Positions 38,322-53,446 of a stretch of 64,000 nucleotides of DNA are shown here, piece by piece; position 1 is the stretch's first letter; each line of letters starts with the position of its first letter. Where the stretch lies: positions 1 through 64,000 of the forward strand of contig ADNK01002829.1 of assembly GCA_000320545.1 (NCBI GenBank). The letters are read 5' to 3'. The notes below the pieces were generated by a model. The model was not told the origin of the DNA and did not search any database. It was given only the letters and a program-made list of their open reading frames with translations. Source of the stretch: Bigelowiella natans CCMP2755 (lineage: Eukaryota; Protista; Cercozoa). The position numbers and the translations under genes were made by a program.

Positions 38322-40351
38322 TCAGTTTACTACACTTTGAGCTTCATACATCTCCACAATTTGGTCAGCAGAAGTGGAACTTTCAGGGTCTTTGTCATCT
38401 CGGACCCTCAAGAATCGCGGAAATCTAAGCGCAATTCCTTTGGAAGGGTGCAATTTTCCCACAGCTGCTTTGTGTACAGGGGAAATGGAAAGATCAGCAG
38501 CTCTCACTTCCCAGACTTGTGCAGGCTCAAACCAAACATCACACTCCATCTTAGAGTCATACGAATAGTAGGATTTCGGAGTGTCGATGATTTTGTCCTT
38601 GAAGAATTCCGTGTGCTTCTTGAGGTCTTCCTCTGAGAATCCGGTTCCAATTTTTGTAACACTTTGGAACTCCTCTGAAATTAAGCACATTGCAAAATTT
38701 ACAATCTAGTTTCTATGATAGTTCTAGCTGCAACATGTTCATACATAAATACCAGACTCTGAGTCGTAGCAGGCCAAGAGGAAACATCCATACCAGCCAG
38801 CTCGCTTCCCCTTCCCCTTGAATGCCCCTATAGGGACAAGGTCCAACGAGTCGCTCATACCCTCCAAGTAGTCCTTCTTAACTTTCACCCAGTTTCTTTT
38901 ATCTGGTACGTACTTTGCGTCCTTATCCAGAGCTTTCACCATTAGACCCTCGCAACTGGATTCTACGGATAACTTAAGGAATTCTTCTATCTCCTCTGGA
39001 TTGTTTATGTCTTTTCCTTTGGCGAAGAAGAATTTACCGTCTACCTCCTTAAAATTCTCCCTCAAAGCTTGTCTCCGAGTAGCAAATTGCTCGTTTATCA
39101 ATGACTTCCCATTGAGATAAATACAGTCGAATGCAAAGAGCACGACATTCACCTGAACACTGTCACTGCTGACGTCCTTTCTTTTACGAGTGCTGAGAGT
39201 TTGAAATGGTAAAATTTTTTTGTTTTTGGAATCCCAAGCAACGACTTCGCAATCTATAATGAAAGATTGCATGTTTGTTGCAAAGCTTTCTGAGAGGTCC
39301 TGAATCAAATCGGGATACTTTCCAGTGTTATCTTCAGAGTTGCGACTGAAAATTTTGATGGTACCATCAGGAAGAAAATGTATCTGAGCTCGCTCACCGT
39401 CATATTTAAATTCTACTGTGAAAAGTACATCAACAAACTTGGTGAAGAGTTCTGAAATCCCAGTGGCTGGTTTTCCTAGCATCGCTTTTATCGGAATGCC
39501 CGGAGTTAGCTGGCAATGCTCTGATAGATTTTCAAGGCCATGCTTCAAGAGCATCTTGATGACGTGATCATAATTTGGAACCTCAATGAAAGCTTGTTTG
39601 ATGATCTGGTCAGCAGCCTTGAGGGACTCCTCTAGTTGTTCCTTGCTCATTTTTTTACTAGCATCCATGATTTTGCTGCCTGGTGGGGTTAGAACCACCG
39701 CCTGAGCAAGAGCAGCTTGTACAGTTTGCGCAGCAAGACCAATCCGTAGATTTCCTTGGAGACACCGAATAATATACTTCGTTTCATATTCTTTACAAGC
39801 AACCAGCATCTTCTTGATAAGATCTTTTTTAACAGTTCCGCTGTTTTTCCCCGATGTTTTGGCCAACTTAACGAGAGTATTGAAAACTTTTCCAACTTCT
39901 AACGGAGGGACAGGGAACATAGTTCTTTGTTTGTTGCGCTTACTCTGGGCTATTGTACCAATATCACCAACAGTCCCCAATTCCTCCTTGAGTTTTTTCA
40001 CACTTGTTCCCGTTGCTTCGGATAATGCTTTCAGTACGATAGAGTCTCCAATTCCCAACTCAAGTCCTTCATATTGAGGTGCAATCTTGTTGCAACAAAG
40101 ATAGAAAACCTCAATGAGAAATTCAGGATTCATTGCAATGACCGATCGTAAATAATTTGCAACTAAACGCGTTTTAGTTAGACGCTTTGAAGTGCTTTCA
40201 ACTTCATGAAAAACTTTTGCTAATGTGCGGTACGGAATCTTGGATTTCCCCCGCATCCAAGGCGCAGATTTGACAGGGTGATAACCTATGTTTGTCAATG
40301 TTAACATGTAAAAGTTAACGCTTCACATTCGAACCACAAATACCATATATT

Positions 40352-40403
<52 letters not shown>

Positions 40404-41478
40404 ATTTCCTGGGGTCGCATGAGAATATACAAGTGTTTGGATACAATATGCATAAATACAGTTCAATCATTGAATGCATTTTTGAGAAACACATACATGT
40501 CTTGAACAAAAATACCCAAGGAGTTGCCAGGATCCATATTTGCTTTTGCTTTTGTTGCCTTAGTGGAGGAAACCTCTTTCATTTCCTCTACTTCCTCCTC
40601 CTCCTCCTCCTCCTCCTCACTTGCCTCTTCTTCGATCATATCGTCGCATTGCGCCATTTTCAGTGCTGAGATGCACAAGATTTTGAGTTTGTACTAAAAA
40701 TGCAAACCATTGTGAAAATACCGGTGGAGGAGGATTCCTTGTCTTTTGGTTCAGCTTTAGCGTCAACAGTAGAAACGCTTTGAATAGAAGTTGAAGTGGC
40801 TTTGATCCCAGGCGAACAAGCATCTTTTTTGATATTATCAGTGTTCTTATTTTCTTTGGGTTCTGTAGTCTTGTCCTCCTCGGGGGTGGTATCTGTATTT
40901 GTAGTGTTGGATACCTTTGTTTCCGTTCTCTGCTTCTTCGAAGAAACCCTTGGTTTTCTAAATTGATTTTTGTCAACAATAGATAATAGATGTTGGTGTT
41001 GTGCGCTTGAGCTTGTGCGTCGCGCGCGCGTGCATGTTGTGTGTGTGTGTGTGTGTGTGTGTGTGCTTGTGCTTATGTGTGCTTATATGTGTAAATGCGA
41101 GTTTAAGTACACTGTGACACCTGAAGAATGAGGAGATTGATCTCATTGGTTTATAGCGCTTTAATCCCTGAGTCTTAGAAGCCCTACTCTTGGAAGGCTC
41201 TTCTTCCATTTCTCCAGGTTCAGATAGTGAATTTGGTTTCTCAGTAACAGGCGTAGTAGTCAATGCATCATTTGGTTCCTTTGTCCTTTCATCGCCAGGG
41301 GATGGACTCAATAGGTCGTCTGAATAAGAATTGGCAATTCGTAAAATACCGTTCCCAACTAACTATGCGAGAAGATTTCAAGACCTTCTATTTCATCGTC
41401 ATCGATTTCTTCCATAGCAGGATTGGAATTCATGCTTGCTACTTGTCGAAGCCTTTTCAGTCCAGCTCCCCGTCCCAT
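38322..41478 (-). CDS. LIG1: DNA ligase I, multi-exon (start codon 41478 or 41433, uncertain)
   Basis: N-terminal PIP box MRSISSFF (~41123-41146). DNA-binding domain ELGIGDSI. Adenylation motif [12 protein letters not shown], plus CEGLMVK and [11 protein letters not shown] domain KIGTGFS and [13 protein letters not shown]. Confidence 0.96.
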
Positions 41479-42133
41479 GATTTAATGTATTAATAGATTT
41501 GCAGGAGTGGGTGTGTGGCGCCTTTTGGCCTTGACTTGTCCCGAGAGAGGGAGGTACGACATGAATATCATACGACGGAAATTAGGACATTTTTCCTCTA
41601 AGACGTACTGTTTAATTGCAACAGCGGAATAAATTGCAAAGCAGGAACTCAAAATAGGGAATGCCTTCCCTCCAATTAGCGAATGGGTTCGCCGCGCCGA
41701 GAAATTAGCTCGTCGTTAATATCCGAAAAATGATGGAGTTCTAAGGGTGAGTCATAGTTTTGTCATCATTGTGTTTCAATACAGGCAAACGTCATTTGAT
41801 GCTTAAAGATTGTTGTAGTTTTTGATGTCGTATAGTGTAGAATGCAAAGAGTTTTCCTGATTTTCTGGGATACTACTACTCCTATGATTTATTTCCTGAG
41901 TTCGATCCTCTCCCCGTTCTCCTTTCGATTCGTTCATTCGCCTTGTGGACTGCTCTTTGATTATGGTAAGCGGTTCACAACATATATTTCAGCATTTCCA
42001 CAGTCGATACCACCACCAACACCAATTACCACCACCACTACTACCATCCACCATCATCATAGTCGTCCTCATCTACTAGCAATGCTATTGTCAACATTTG
42101 AGTACCATCTTGCTGTGCTATTAGACAAGGAAT

Positions 42134-43002
42134 ATGGCGAATGATGGTTCTAGATCACCGGGTAGGAGGAAAAAAAAATCCCAGAAAAAGTTCTTTAGTG
42201 CATATTCTTCCAGTGAGACTCTCTTAGTACTTGCGGCGTTGGTCGGCTCTTTCATGTTCTCTTACACCACGTACATCGGGGATTCGTCGTCATCGACGTC
42301 GCCATTAAATAAAAGGCAACAACAAAAAGAATCTGATTTCACAGGGAAAAGTTTGAATGAATACTCAAAGAAGCATGAGATGGATAGTCCACAAGCACCA
42401 CCACCTGGGTTGTTGTTGTCTCAATTTCCCGGTCCAGGGGCATTGGAAACCCTAACTTCGAATCACAACAGCTCAATGTTATGGGGGACCTATAAAGCTG
42501 GCCTGTACTTCGGCATTAAGTCGAGGACATATCCCACAGCTTTGGCCTCAGCTTTAATGTGGAACGGAAGGGATCGCCGTAAAGCAAACAAGGATGACAA
42601 AAAGGAGGAATTTCTTGCCAATCTTCGGCATGAATGCTTGGAGGAACACCAGATGAAATCATACGGTTGGCTGCAGCATGATGGAGTTTCATTTGGGAGG
42701 CAGAAAATTCTCGATCGTAAACAACTACTTATAGTTGAGACCGATTTTATGAAGTCATCCTCAGGCACCAGTTGGGTGGCACGAGCCTCCTTCCGAGACG
42801 GTAGGCCACGCAGCAAGAGAGGAGGAGGAGGAGGAGGAGGAGCAGGGAACACGAAGAAAATTAAAAGGCGAAGGATCACTGCATATGTTTACTTTGGAAT
42901 AGATTGCGACAAAAGTGATAATAGTGATGCGAACAACTACTGCCTTTCCCAGGCTGGAGAAGATGCTAATCTAAACATTGAATTAGTTGGTGGCAAAACT
43001 GC

Positions 43003-43039
<37 letters not shown>

Positions 43040-45106
43040 ATAGTGAGCGTAATGGCGACTACAAATGGTCTTGGGACAATGACCGGAACATTGAGGGCCA
43101 CATCCTACTCGCCGGGAGCCTCACCCCCATTATTATCTATACGCAGATTATCTCTCAATTCGATGGCTGATGTACCAGATGCAGCTAGTAGGGCATTTAG
43201 AAGGGATGATGATGATAGCGCAAATAGTAATAACAACTTCGAGGAGGAAGATCATAATGTCGGGGTGGTCCAAATTGAAGCGGAATTACCATTTACAGTA
43301 TCATGGATGCTGCGCCCTGCTGCTGCTGCTGGGGACGGAGTTGCAGCAGATGAAGAGGAGGAGGGTGAAGACCCTTTCTTTACCTCCATAGAAAATAATA
43401 CCAGCTATGATAATGACAAAGAAGAAGCAACAACAGGAGGAGGGAAGAGTAGCAGCAGCAGCAAGGCTGTGAGAAGTCCTGTCGATTTGCTGATAGATCA
43501 GGAGCTCCGAAAACGTATGCAGATCTTTGAGGAACGATTTGAGGCAACCTTTCATTTAAGAGATAAAGGTTACAACAATGATCACGTCAGATTTGCTCAG
43601 GCTGCAATGTCCAACCTTTTGGGTGGTATTTCATATTTTTACGGCGCGTCTTCCGTGCAAATAGCGGACGACGACGAAGACACCAAGAGGCAGCAAACAT
43701 TCTCTTCTTTCAATTTACCCTTGTTTTCAGCGGTACCCTCAAGATCGTTTTTCCCGCGAGGATTTTTATGGGATGAAGGGTTTCACCAACAATTGGTACA
43801 CAAATGGGACGTCAACATATCACTTGATGTTCTCGCTCATTGGATCGGAGCCGTCAGGGAGGGAGGATGGATACCTCGAGAGCAAATATTAGGAGATAGC
43901 GCTAACCGAAGAGTCCCTCACCGATTTATCCCTCAGCTTGCCGACGTCGCTAACCCACCAACATTTCTCTTTCTCATAGAGAAGCTGCTTGTGATGGATG
44001 ATCAAAGGAAATATCAGCAGCAGCAGCCGTCTGTTGTACTTCCAGCTGATTACTTGGTACGGGTTTACCCACGAATAAGAAGGTGGTGTGAGTGGCTGCT
44101 CGAGTCGCAAGAAGGTCCTGTACCTGGATCCTATCGTTGGAGGGGAAGAAAACAAACATCACCAGATGGAGGACCTCTTCATCCTAACACATTAGCTTCT
44201 GGACTTGATGACTATCCTCGAGCAACGAATCCAGATGAGACGGAATACCATGTCGATGCTTTGTGCTGGTCAATAACTGTAGTACGAATAATGGCGGCTC
44301 TTGCAGCGCATCTGGGCAATGATGAAGATCATGCACTCTATAGCAATAAGGATGGGATACTAACACAAGCGCTCGAAGATTTGCATTGGAATCCTCGTAC
44401 GAAGTCATATTGTGATGTTGGCAAGCATTCAGCAGGAGGAACTTTCGAGACTCGATACATGTACAGATGCGCTGAAGCTAGCTCCTCATCAACTACTGAT
44501 GTTGCAGTTGCGCGTGATGTTCTAGAGGCGAGAGGTAACCCATGCCCGAAGTCTCACCCTAAGCCTCTTTATCCTCTTGGGGATGGTCAGGGAGGGTTGT
44601 TGTCGAAAGAATATTTTGTTCCTGGTAAAGTAGTGAAGCACCAGTTTGTCGCTCAATACGGCTATATCAGCTTGTTTCCTTTATTACTCAAGATTTTGCC
44701 CCCAACCTCACGCCGCCTGAAACATATTATGAATTTAATGGAGAATGATCGGGAGATTCGAACGAAATACGGCCTTCTATCTCTTTCAAAAACAAGCCGA
44801 TTCTATGAAAGAGGAAATGCCCCTGGTGATAAACCATACTGGCGAGGTGCAATTTGGATGCCAATAAATTACCTGGCAGTCTCTGCGCTTCATTACTATG
44901 CTAATGTAGAAGGGCCATATCGAGAACAAGCTCATAGGTTATACAGAGAATTGAGAGAAAATCTTGTGTCTAATGTGTATAAAGAATACAAGAGAACAGG
45001 ATACTTATGGGAGCAGTATGATAGCAAATCTGGACAAGGGAAACGTTCCCATCCTTTTACTGGATGGACTGCTCTAGTGGTCAACATAATGGCCGAAAGC
45101 TACTAG
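42134..45106 (+). CDS. MOGS: Mannosyl-oligosaccharide glucosidase (ER glucosidase I, GH63), intronless
   Basis: N-terminal basic tail plus TM segment. Motifs LWGTYKAGLYFG, PSRSFFPRGFLWDEGFH, WIPREQILG, SGLDDYPR, YWRGAIWMPINY, WEQY and FTGWTAL. Confidence 0.95.
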
Positions 45107-45750
45107 AACAGCTTATTCTATAATGAGATAAGTGGGCAATGCTACTCTGCAGCAGCATGATGAGAGCTAGGCCGCAATGTTATTTTGCTTGACGACTAAG
45201 CAGCATGACCCTAAAACTAACTTAGAGGCGAAATATGTTAAGACGGCTTAGCAAATATTATTGCACACGCAAGCAGAAGCGCGAAATTGCGAACCTTTAC
45301 AAAAAGGCGAATAAAGAGTAAATATGTAATGCTGCGCCCTCGAAGTTATTGGCACATGCAGTCATGGCCGCCACAACAGCGTACGTAGCGTGCCGCGCGA
45401 TTACTGGCACTAGTCTTTCTAACTTTGCCTAAATGCACGCTAGCACGTCTAAACATGCATGTAGTCGCGCATCGCGAACGTATGTACGTATACATAATAA
45501 TTGCATAGCTACATTAGGATGACATGCAATTGAAAAAATTTAAACATTTCATTACATCCGTCTCATAATAGAACTTCATGAAAACGCATCAAATGCACAG
45601 CTTGGAATATTATATGCTCTATAGCAAGCGCGATTAGGTACGATAATTAGGTAATCTCATGTACTTCAAATGTAGCAAAACGTGTCTAATACCTGTAGTA
45701 GTCGGATTACAACAAGCGTCAGGGTTCTTTTTCTTATAACCTTCACACTT

Positions 45751-47708
45751 CTAATCTACTATATATCCTTTCTTCGATAGCATTGCTTCAAGGTTTACAA
45801 GGTGAGGCCAGAATTCCTTCCTTTGAATGAAAACTGCAAATTCTTTCTTTGACAAAGCATTATCGCCGTTCTACAGGGAAGATATCATAAGAATTGTTTC
45901 AGTACACAACTACTACATCTTGAACCATCAAGGCAGCATATGTTGTCGACAACATCATTTTCTTACCGTATCAAATTGTCGGAACTGTTTTAGACAATAA
46001 TCCTGATTCATTCCAATCAATTTGCACCTGTTCCAAGGATTTGCTTTAGGATATAATGTTGACGATCAAATTTCCTAGTCTACGGACATCTTCCAGAATT
46101 CCTCAAGTTGGACCATGTTGTCTTCCTTTTGATCTCCCCGTCCAGACTCGTCACATCGTTTGAATAGAGCTTTGGAAACCTTCTCAACCTTTGCCTGCGA
46201 TTAAAAAAACTATCTTTAGCAACTGACATCATTCACGTACACAATATGTATACATGTGCAAATACAAATTACACATATACACACGTGCACGCGTGTTTTT
46301 ACAATTTTTTTAAAATGAAAAACTTATTTTTTTCTGGGTTTTAGTCTTAGCATTTAATCTCAGGTAAAATGTCAAATCGTGAAAGAATATGTCTTATGAG
46401 TTTTCCTTTCAACCTTATTCTGAAGATGGGTTAGCTGTAGGAGACTCCGATGAATTTTGAGAATAGTCGGCCATACTTTAGGACTAATGGGAATTAAACA
46501 GCGTGGAGGGAGGAGTCATAGTCAACAATAGGTTGGTACGAACTCGACGGATTGCATTTTCAACACTTGTAGAAACGTTCGCTGATAATTCTGAGCCATG
46601 TATTCACGACAAATTTATTCTATTACTACCGACTCTCATCAATTGGGTCTTGACGATACTATTATTTAGTCAACTACTACTTTGTAGTGAATTTCGAGAA
46701 GGCTTCCTTATTGAGGGTGCCATCTGTCGGATCGGGATGGGCGTTAGACCAGATTTTCATCACATTTCTTTCGCTGGTCTCTCCTGCAGCCTTAGTACAC
46801 AGGTTTATTAACGATCAGACACATTATAACACCAAAAGTGAAAGTAAAATACAGCTTTTGAGTCACCGTACCTTACACAGGATTTGGAATTCCTTCAAAT
46901 TAATTTTGTGGTTGTTGTCAGAATCCAAAAAGCTTGATATCAAAATCATATTTCAAAACAATGAAGATTATAACCACAAAATATTGTATCGGTGTCTAGT
47001 CTTTTACGTACTGAAAGAGATGTTCAGCCACTTTTGCTTGCAAATTGAAATCTGCGCTCCTTAGCCTTGCAGCAATTGCCTTAATATCCACCCACACTTT
47101 TGGTCTTCTGCAAAACTGTGAATCGATAGTGTATGAAGAAAAGGGAAACAAAGCAGATTATTGAGATGAGAAAGGCAGTGGGATATGATAGGCAGAGAGA
47201 TGGGAGACACAAACCTCATAGAACTCTTTCTGAGAGAGTGTATTAGAATTGTCCTTATCCGCGTCTTCCCCTGAGGTTCAAGTTAACGCAAAAATAGTTT
47301 ATCTGCTGATTACATCATTGCAATTTCGACATCTTAGGATTAAAATTAAAAGAGTATCTAATTTAAGCAGAATCTGGCTACTATCAGTTTACATAATTTA
47401 AGAGCGACTTCTTCCTTTTTGACACCAGCCCAAATACATAGAGTTTTGAACTCAGACCATCCAAGGAACCTTACGTAATTTAACGTAGGGTTGTTTTTAA
47501 ATACTGTGTGACCAAAGTCTATTCTACGTGTAGATAAACCGAGTCATGTTGTTACTACGCGTGCTTTTGCGGGTAGCGGTACCAACTTTGCATTGGGCGT
47601 CCCTTTGGTGAGTTTCTGAAAGAGAAACTCCGGTACAAACGCAAGGGCTTTCTGGTCTTCGATAATCTGTGTTTGTGATTTGCCATTATCTGTATTCATT
47701 GCTGCCAT
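45751..47708 (-). CDS. Multi-exon EF-hand calcium-binding protein
   Basis: Exon fragments DADKDNSNTLSQKEF (~47222-47270), LFKRCDESG...VQLEEF (~46095-46170) and FRQFDT|NGDNALSKKEF (~45840-45990). Stop at 45751. Confidence 0.7.
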
Positions 47709-47977
47709 GATTTGTTTTTGCTGATGAGCAGAGGTGTTTGGTTTTGTGGGTTGTTGGTACGTGTGCGGCTGAGAAAGATAATCTAGATCTATAAATGATA
47801 CCAGGGATAACACTGTTTGGAGATCGATAGAGTAAATGCTAAATAGTCTCCCCGGAAACTCCGAGAATGAATGCTGCTACTACCGATGAGCATCTCGGGA
47901 GTGTCTCCAGTATATCTCATTAGGTGCTGGTCGCACGTACCCCACCCGAAGAACTCTTTTCTGTCGTCTGCATAACA

Positions 47978-48235
47978 ATGCATTGGCGTAATGGGAGCTT
48001 CATGTCCTTCCTACTCCTCCTTGCCTCTGCAATCGTTGGCTTATCGATATTCTCGATAAGTTTTTCGAAATTTGGCGGTGCAGCTACCTCCTCAGATTTG
48101 TCAGGTGGTGAACAAATTTTTAAGCAAACTCTTTGTTAGATGGAGTATGTGATAATCCCGATTTATATCAGAAAATTATGATGTCACGTAGAAGATATGG
48201 ATACACTAACGAAATTTTCATGATCTCTCTGTATA

Positions 48236-48274
<39 letters not shown>

Positions 48275-50321
48275 GCACATATACATATACTGTTCCAAAA
48301 AAATGTCATACGTATTTCGATCGACTCCACTTTGACTTCCAGGGATGTCAGAAATTGAACTGGTTAGATTGCGTGTTTCGCGAAAATCTATTCCATGTTT
48401 TCTTCTCCTTCATTGTGGACTTTTTTGTTGTGGGAAACAAACTCTAACTCCTTGTCTTCTCAAGATCTCGGAGCAGCTGCTGCAGTTCTCAAACCTGTTC
48501 TCGTCAACAACATGGCGGGCTTTGGTGCTGTAAAGCATAGTCATTTGATGATTCATGGTCGTCGACAATTATCTGTATTTTCTCCAACTACATGCAATGG
48601 GGTAGCAGCAGAGTGTGCAAAAGTAATGCTCAACACAAGGTACGACCACTACTTCTCGGTGTCATCATGCCTGAAACACGTCTTTCACATCGATCGAAGA
48701 TGGCTGATCCATATCTCTCATCTCCCATCGCTTAGACCAACAAGGAAGAAGAGAAATTCTATATCCTCTCGCACATGGGGGATTATGCCTGTTACTGCAC
48801 TAAAGAAAGGAAGCAAAGGTGGGATTGTGAAGAAAGAAAAGCCATACGCCGATGAGATCCGGCAAGAACTTGTACGTTGGTTGCAAGAAAGGGGCATGCC
48901 TGAGCAAAACGTTGAAATACGTTATGTTGGACCAGCAGGTAATAATGATTACCAGACTACTGATATCTTTGCTAATGCGCTTCTGACTGACTGACTAACG
49001 ACACATTAGCCAACAACAACAACAACAATAATAATAATAATAATAATAGCACGAATATAATAGCGGTTACACAAATCGACTTCTGAGGTTTGAGTTGGAT
49101 TTTTTTCTAATGGCTCCTTCCTTTCGCTTTCTTAGGTTGGGGGTTAGTTGCAAAGAAGCCACTGAGGGCAGGGGACATCGCTATAAATATCCCAGAGGAA
49201 CTTCTCATCACTAAGGAAAAAGTTCTGCAAGATTCAAAGTTTGCTACCTTGATGAAAGAAAGCAAGATGCCTGAGTACTGGATGCTCGCTCTATTTCTGG
49301 TGGAACAGTATGCAATGACACAAGAAGATAGCTCATCTTGCCAATACGCGCCTTACATTAAAAGTCTTCCAGGTCTGAGCCCATTTAGTAGCACAACGAC
49401 GACGATGCATCATTTAAATACTACCACGATCACGCGATGAAACAAGACCCTTTTCTGCGTACTAAGTTGTTTCCACTCCCTACCCATATAGATGAAACTG
49501 GAAATGTATTGGAATGGACAGGCAGAGAGGTGGTTTGAATGACAGCAGCAAGGATCAGCACCAAATAATGATGGATAGTGAATGATAATGCTGATTAATA
49601 ATAATAATTAAAATAATAATAATAATAAGGTAGCAGTTGCTGGTTTCAGTACTACTACTATTTGATTAGAACACTTTGATCAGAATATAATAATGTGGAT
49701 ACTTACAAGTAATGCGCTCTTATCCTTTCTATTTGACATATTTTTCTTCCTAATCTCCTTCTTCTTCTTTGTTTTATTCTTATTCTCTATTTTTTAGGCG
49801 GGAGATTTGCTAAAGGGATCACCCTTGGAACGAATGGCGTAAGTATATAATCGTACTCACAGTTGCATCATGTTTTATCAGCATCATCACCACTTTGTAT
49901 CATAGGAGAATGCATCATAATTATGGGTTGTTATCATCATCATCAATCAATCAATCAATCAACCAATCAGTTGTATGATGAAAATGATAAATGTGATGGT
50001 TATATATATAAAGACTAGTCTCTCTTCTTCTTTTGTCTCTTTGCTTACCTGCCCAATACCTCTCTGTTTACCTATTGTCCATTAACCACGAAGATAAGCA
50101 CATCAACTCCCAAACGATAACAACGTCAAATTCGTCTCTTCTTGTTTTCATCATCATCTTTCTTCGTTGTGTGTTAATTCCTCCCTTATTGTCGTTGTTC
50201 TTATTATTATCCACCACCACCAGATACCAAATGGTGACAGACGTCAAGCAAGGGATCAAAGAGATCACAAAGCTTACCAAAACGCACCCAAATGCATACT
50301 ATGTAACAGAACCACGCCTAC

Positions 50322-50359
<38 letters not shown>

Positions 50360-50542
50360 GTCAATAGTAGTTACATATGTATGCTAGATAATCGTGGTGG
50401 TAATAAAGAGGAGGAGGAGGAGGAGTAGGGTCATCATCAGTGTTAGATGTTGAACGATGGGTAGTAGTGCCTCATCACTAATATCAATAGTTTGGTGCAC
50501 AAATAATAGTAAGAATAATGATAATAGTAGTATCTCTGCTAC

Positions 50543-50586
<44 letters not shown>

Positions 50587-51742
50587 ACAAACCCCACTAT
50601 AATATATAATAATGATGATAATGATCATGATGATCTATGTGATTGGTGCTAATGCTGCTGTATTCTTGAATTGTCTTTTTTAGATGGGCATTCTCTCTAC
50701 TATTTTCGCGGGTAGTAAGGCTGACATCACGTAACAGGCAGTTGGCCCTCATACCATGGTTACTACTACCACTTCTACTACTACTTCTACTACAATTTGT
50801 GTTAATATTCCGACAGATTTCTCATATTATATGTGAGAATTATAAATATTATACTAATGTTTTTACTTATTATCTACGTTTTGACTTATGATGGAACTTT
50901 TTTATTGATGCAATTTCATTTATAGGGCCGATATGCTGAATCACCAACCGGACGTTAGAAGCTACATTGATTGGGATGATAAGGTCTGGATGTTATACAG
51001 CAGCCACATCAGTGATACTACTACTACTACTACTACTACTACTTTATACAGCAGCCACATCAGTGATACTACTACTACTACTACTACTTCTACTACTACT
51101 TACTAGTAGTAGTAGTTGTTGTAGTGTATGAATACTCTTGCTCATAATACGTCGTTGTTGTGTGTGTTGTTGCAAACACATGACAATATATGATCATCAT
51201 GTTGTTGTAACAGTTGTGGGTGGTAAATAGAATCTATGCTTATTAATGTTATCATAGTAAGGGGGGAGAGTGGTTTGGTAAGTAAGTAGTGAAAGCTTAC
51301 TTATTAGTGAGTAGGAGGAGGAGGTGGGGGAGGAGGAGTAACTTGTGGTGGTGACGGTAGTGATATAGAAGAAGAAGAAGAAGATCCTTCAAGCAGCATT
51401 CTTACACTTTCCTCTGCTGTACCTCCTCCTCCTCCTCCTCCTCCTCCTCCTCCTCCTCTCCTTCTCCTCCTCTCCTTCTCCTCCTACTCCTTGCTACATA
51501 GGAAAATGCCGTGGTATTTCGAGGGGATAGAGACTACAATATTGGCGACGAGGTAGTAGCAGTTACCCGCTACTAGAGAAACAAACTGATGATAGTGATT
51601 AAGATGTGTGAGGAGAAGGATAGATAACAAACTGATGATAGTGATTAAGATGTGTGAGGAGAAGGAAAGATGTACTGCTACTACTACTTCTACTACTACT
51701 ACTACTACTACTACAGCATCTACCTTTATTTCGATCTCCTGC

Positions 51743-51780
<38 letters not shown>

Positions 51781-51907
51781 GATATAAATATTGGGTACAT
51801 GCATACATGCATACTACTATTACTACTTTAACGAGTATCAATTTGCTGCTAATACGAATAGTGATAGTCTCAGCATCATGTTATCATTACAATTATTACT
51901 ACTACCA

Positions 51908-51941
<34 letters not shown>

Positions 51942-52073
51942 AAACTGTCGCTACCACCACCACCACCACCACCACCAGGTATTCGTTTCTTATGGCCCTC
52001 GCAGTAGTGGGGATTTGCTACTGACGTACGGATTCGTGCCTTCAACAGCAACTGACCCTGAAATTGAAAAGGT

Positions 52074-52109
<36 letters not shown>

Positions 52110-52178
52110 CCATCTTAAGAAGTAGAAATGATGAGAGATCAATATAGTAAATAAATAAATAAATAATCATAGCAGCCG

Positions 52179-52257
<79 letters not shown>

Positions 52258-52372
52258 AGTAAATAGGTGAGTCAGTACTGCAACTACAATTTAAATGAAA
52301 TCATCAGCATTCATTTATGATTTTCATTGTAGTAATCATCATAGCCATAGTATTCATCATATATCACATATG

Positions 52373-52403
<31 letters not shown>

Positions 52404-52803
52404 AGGTAGACCTTCGTTTAGTTTTGGACGGATATGACCCCTATGCTGGGGTCAAAAAAGCAGCTCTCAAGCAATACGGTAGTATTAGTAATTGGATGAT
52501 AGTGCTGCTGCTGCCGCTGCTGCTGATGATGATCTTGATGCTGTTCAACTATCAATTCCTTTCATTATGGTGGTGGGTTTCTTACTAGACATATTATTAT
52601 TATCATATGTTTACCTTTGTCCATTATCATCCAAGGAGCCTCATCATATAATTATCATCATATGTTCATCTTTATCCACCATCATCATCATCATCATCCA
52701 AGGATTGGATTCAGCCTGGACATTCCCTCTCCAACTGAACCGTTATCCGGCTGGCCTCATCGAGTAAAACAAACTTATGACGCATTTGTGTGTGCTGCCG
52801 TTG

Positions 52804-52834
<31 letters not shown>

Positions 52835-52920
52835 TTACAGAGGAATATGAGTATTCATATTAGGACTTGTGCTCATAGCCATCATCACTACCACTCACCG
52901 ACAGCATTTCTTCCATATAT

Positions 52921-53003
<83 letters not shown>

Positions 53004-53403
53004 TTGTGTTCGTGTTCGTGTGTGTGTGTTTATCAGTACCAATAGTACTAGTTATTCAGCATTTAATTTTCAAATATCACAACAAAAGGCCCATCAGTTA
53101 TATCCCCTTCTTTGTAGCCATTATCATTATCATCTTCATCATCATCATTATCATCATCATCCCTTTCTTCTTTTAGATATGCATCTTTCCTTTCTTTCCG
53201 TCCACAATCCGACGAAGAGGTAGTAGCATTTTTATGATGAGGAGAAGAAGAAGAAGGAGAAGAAGAACAACAAGAACAACAACTGAATGATAAAGTAGTA
53301 GCAGTCTTCTTAAGAGATAATGGATCGAAATAGTTTCTTTCGCAAAGCAACGGAACAAATGCGTTACCATCAATATCTCTCCCCTGTCTTCTTTTCTCTT
53401 TCC

Positions 53404-53446
<43 letters not shown>
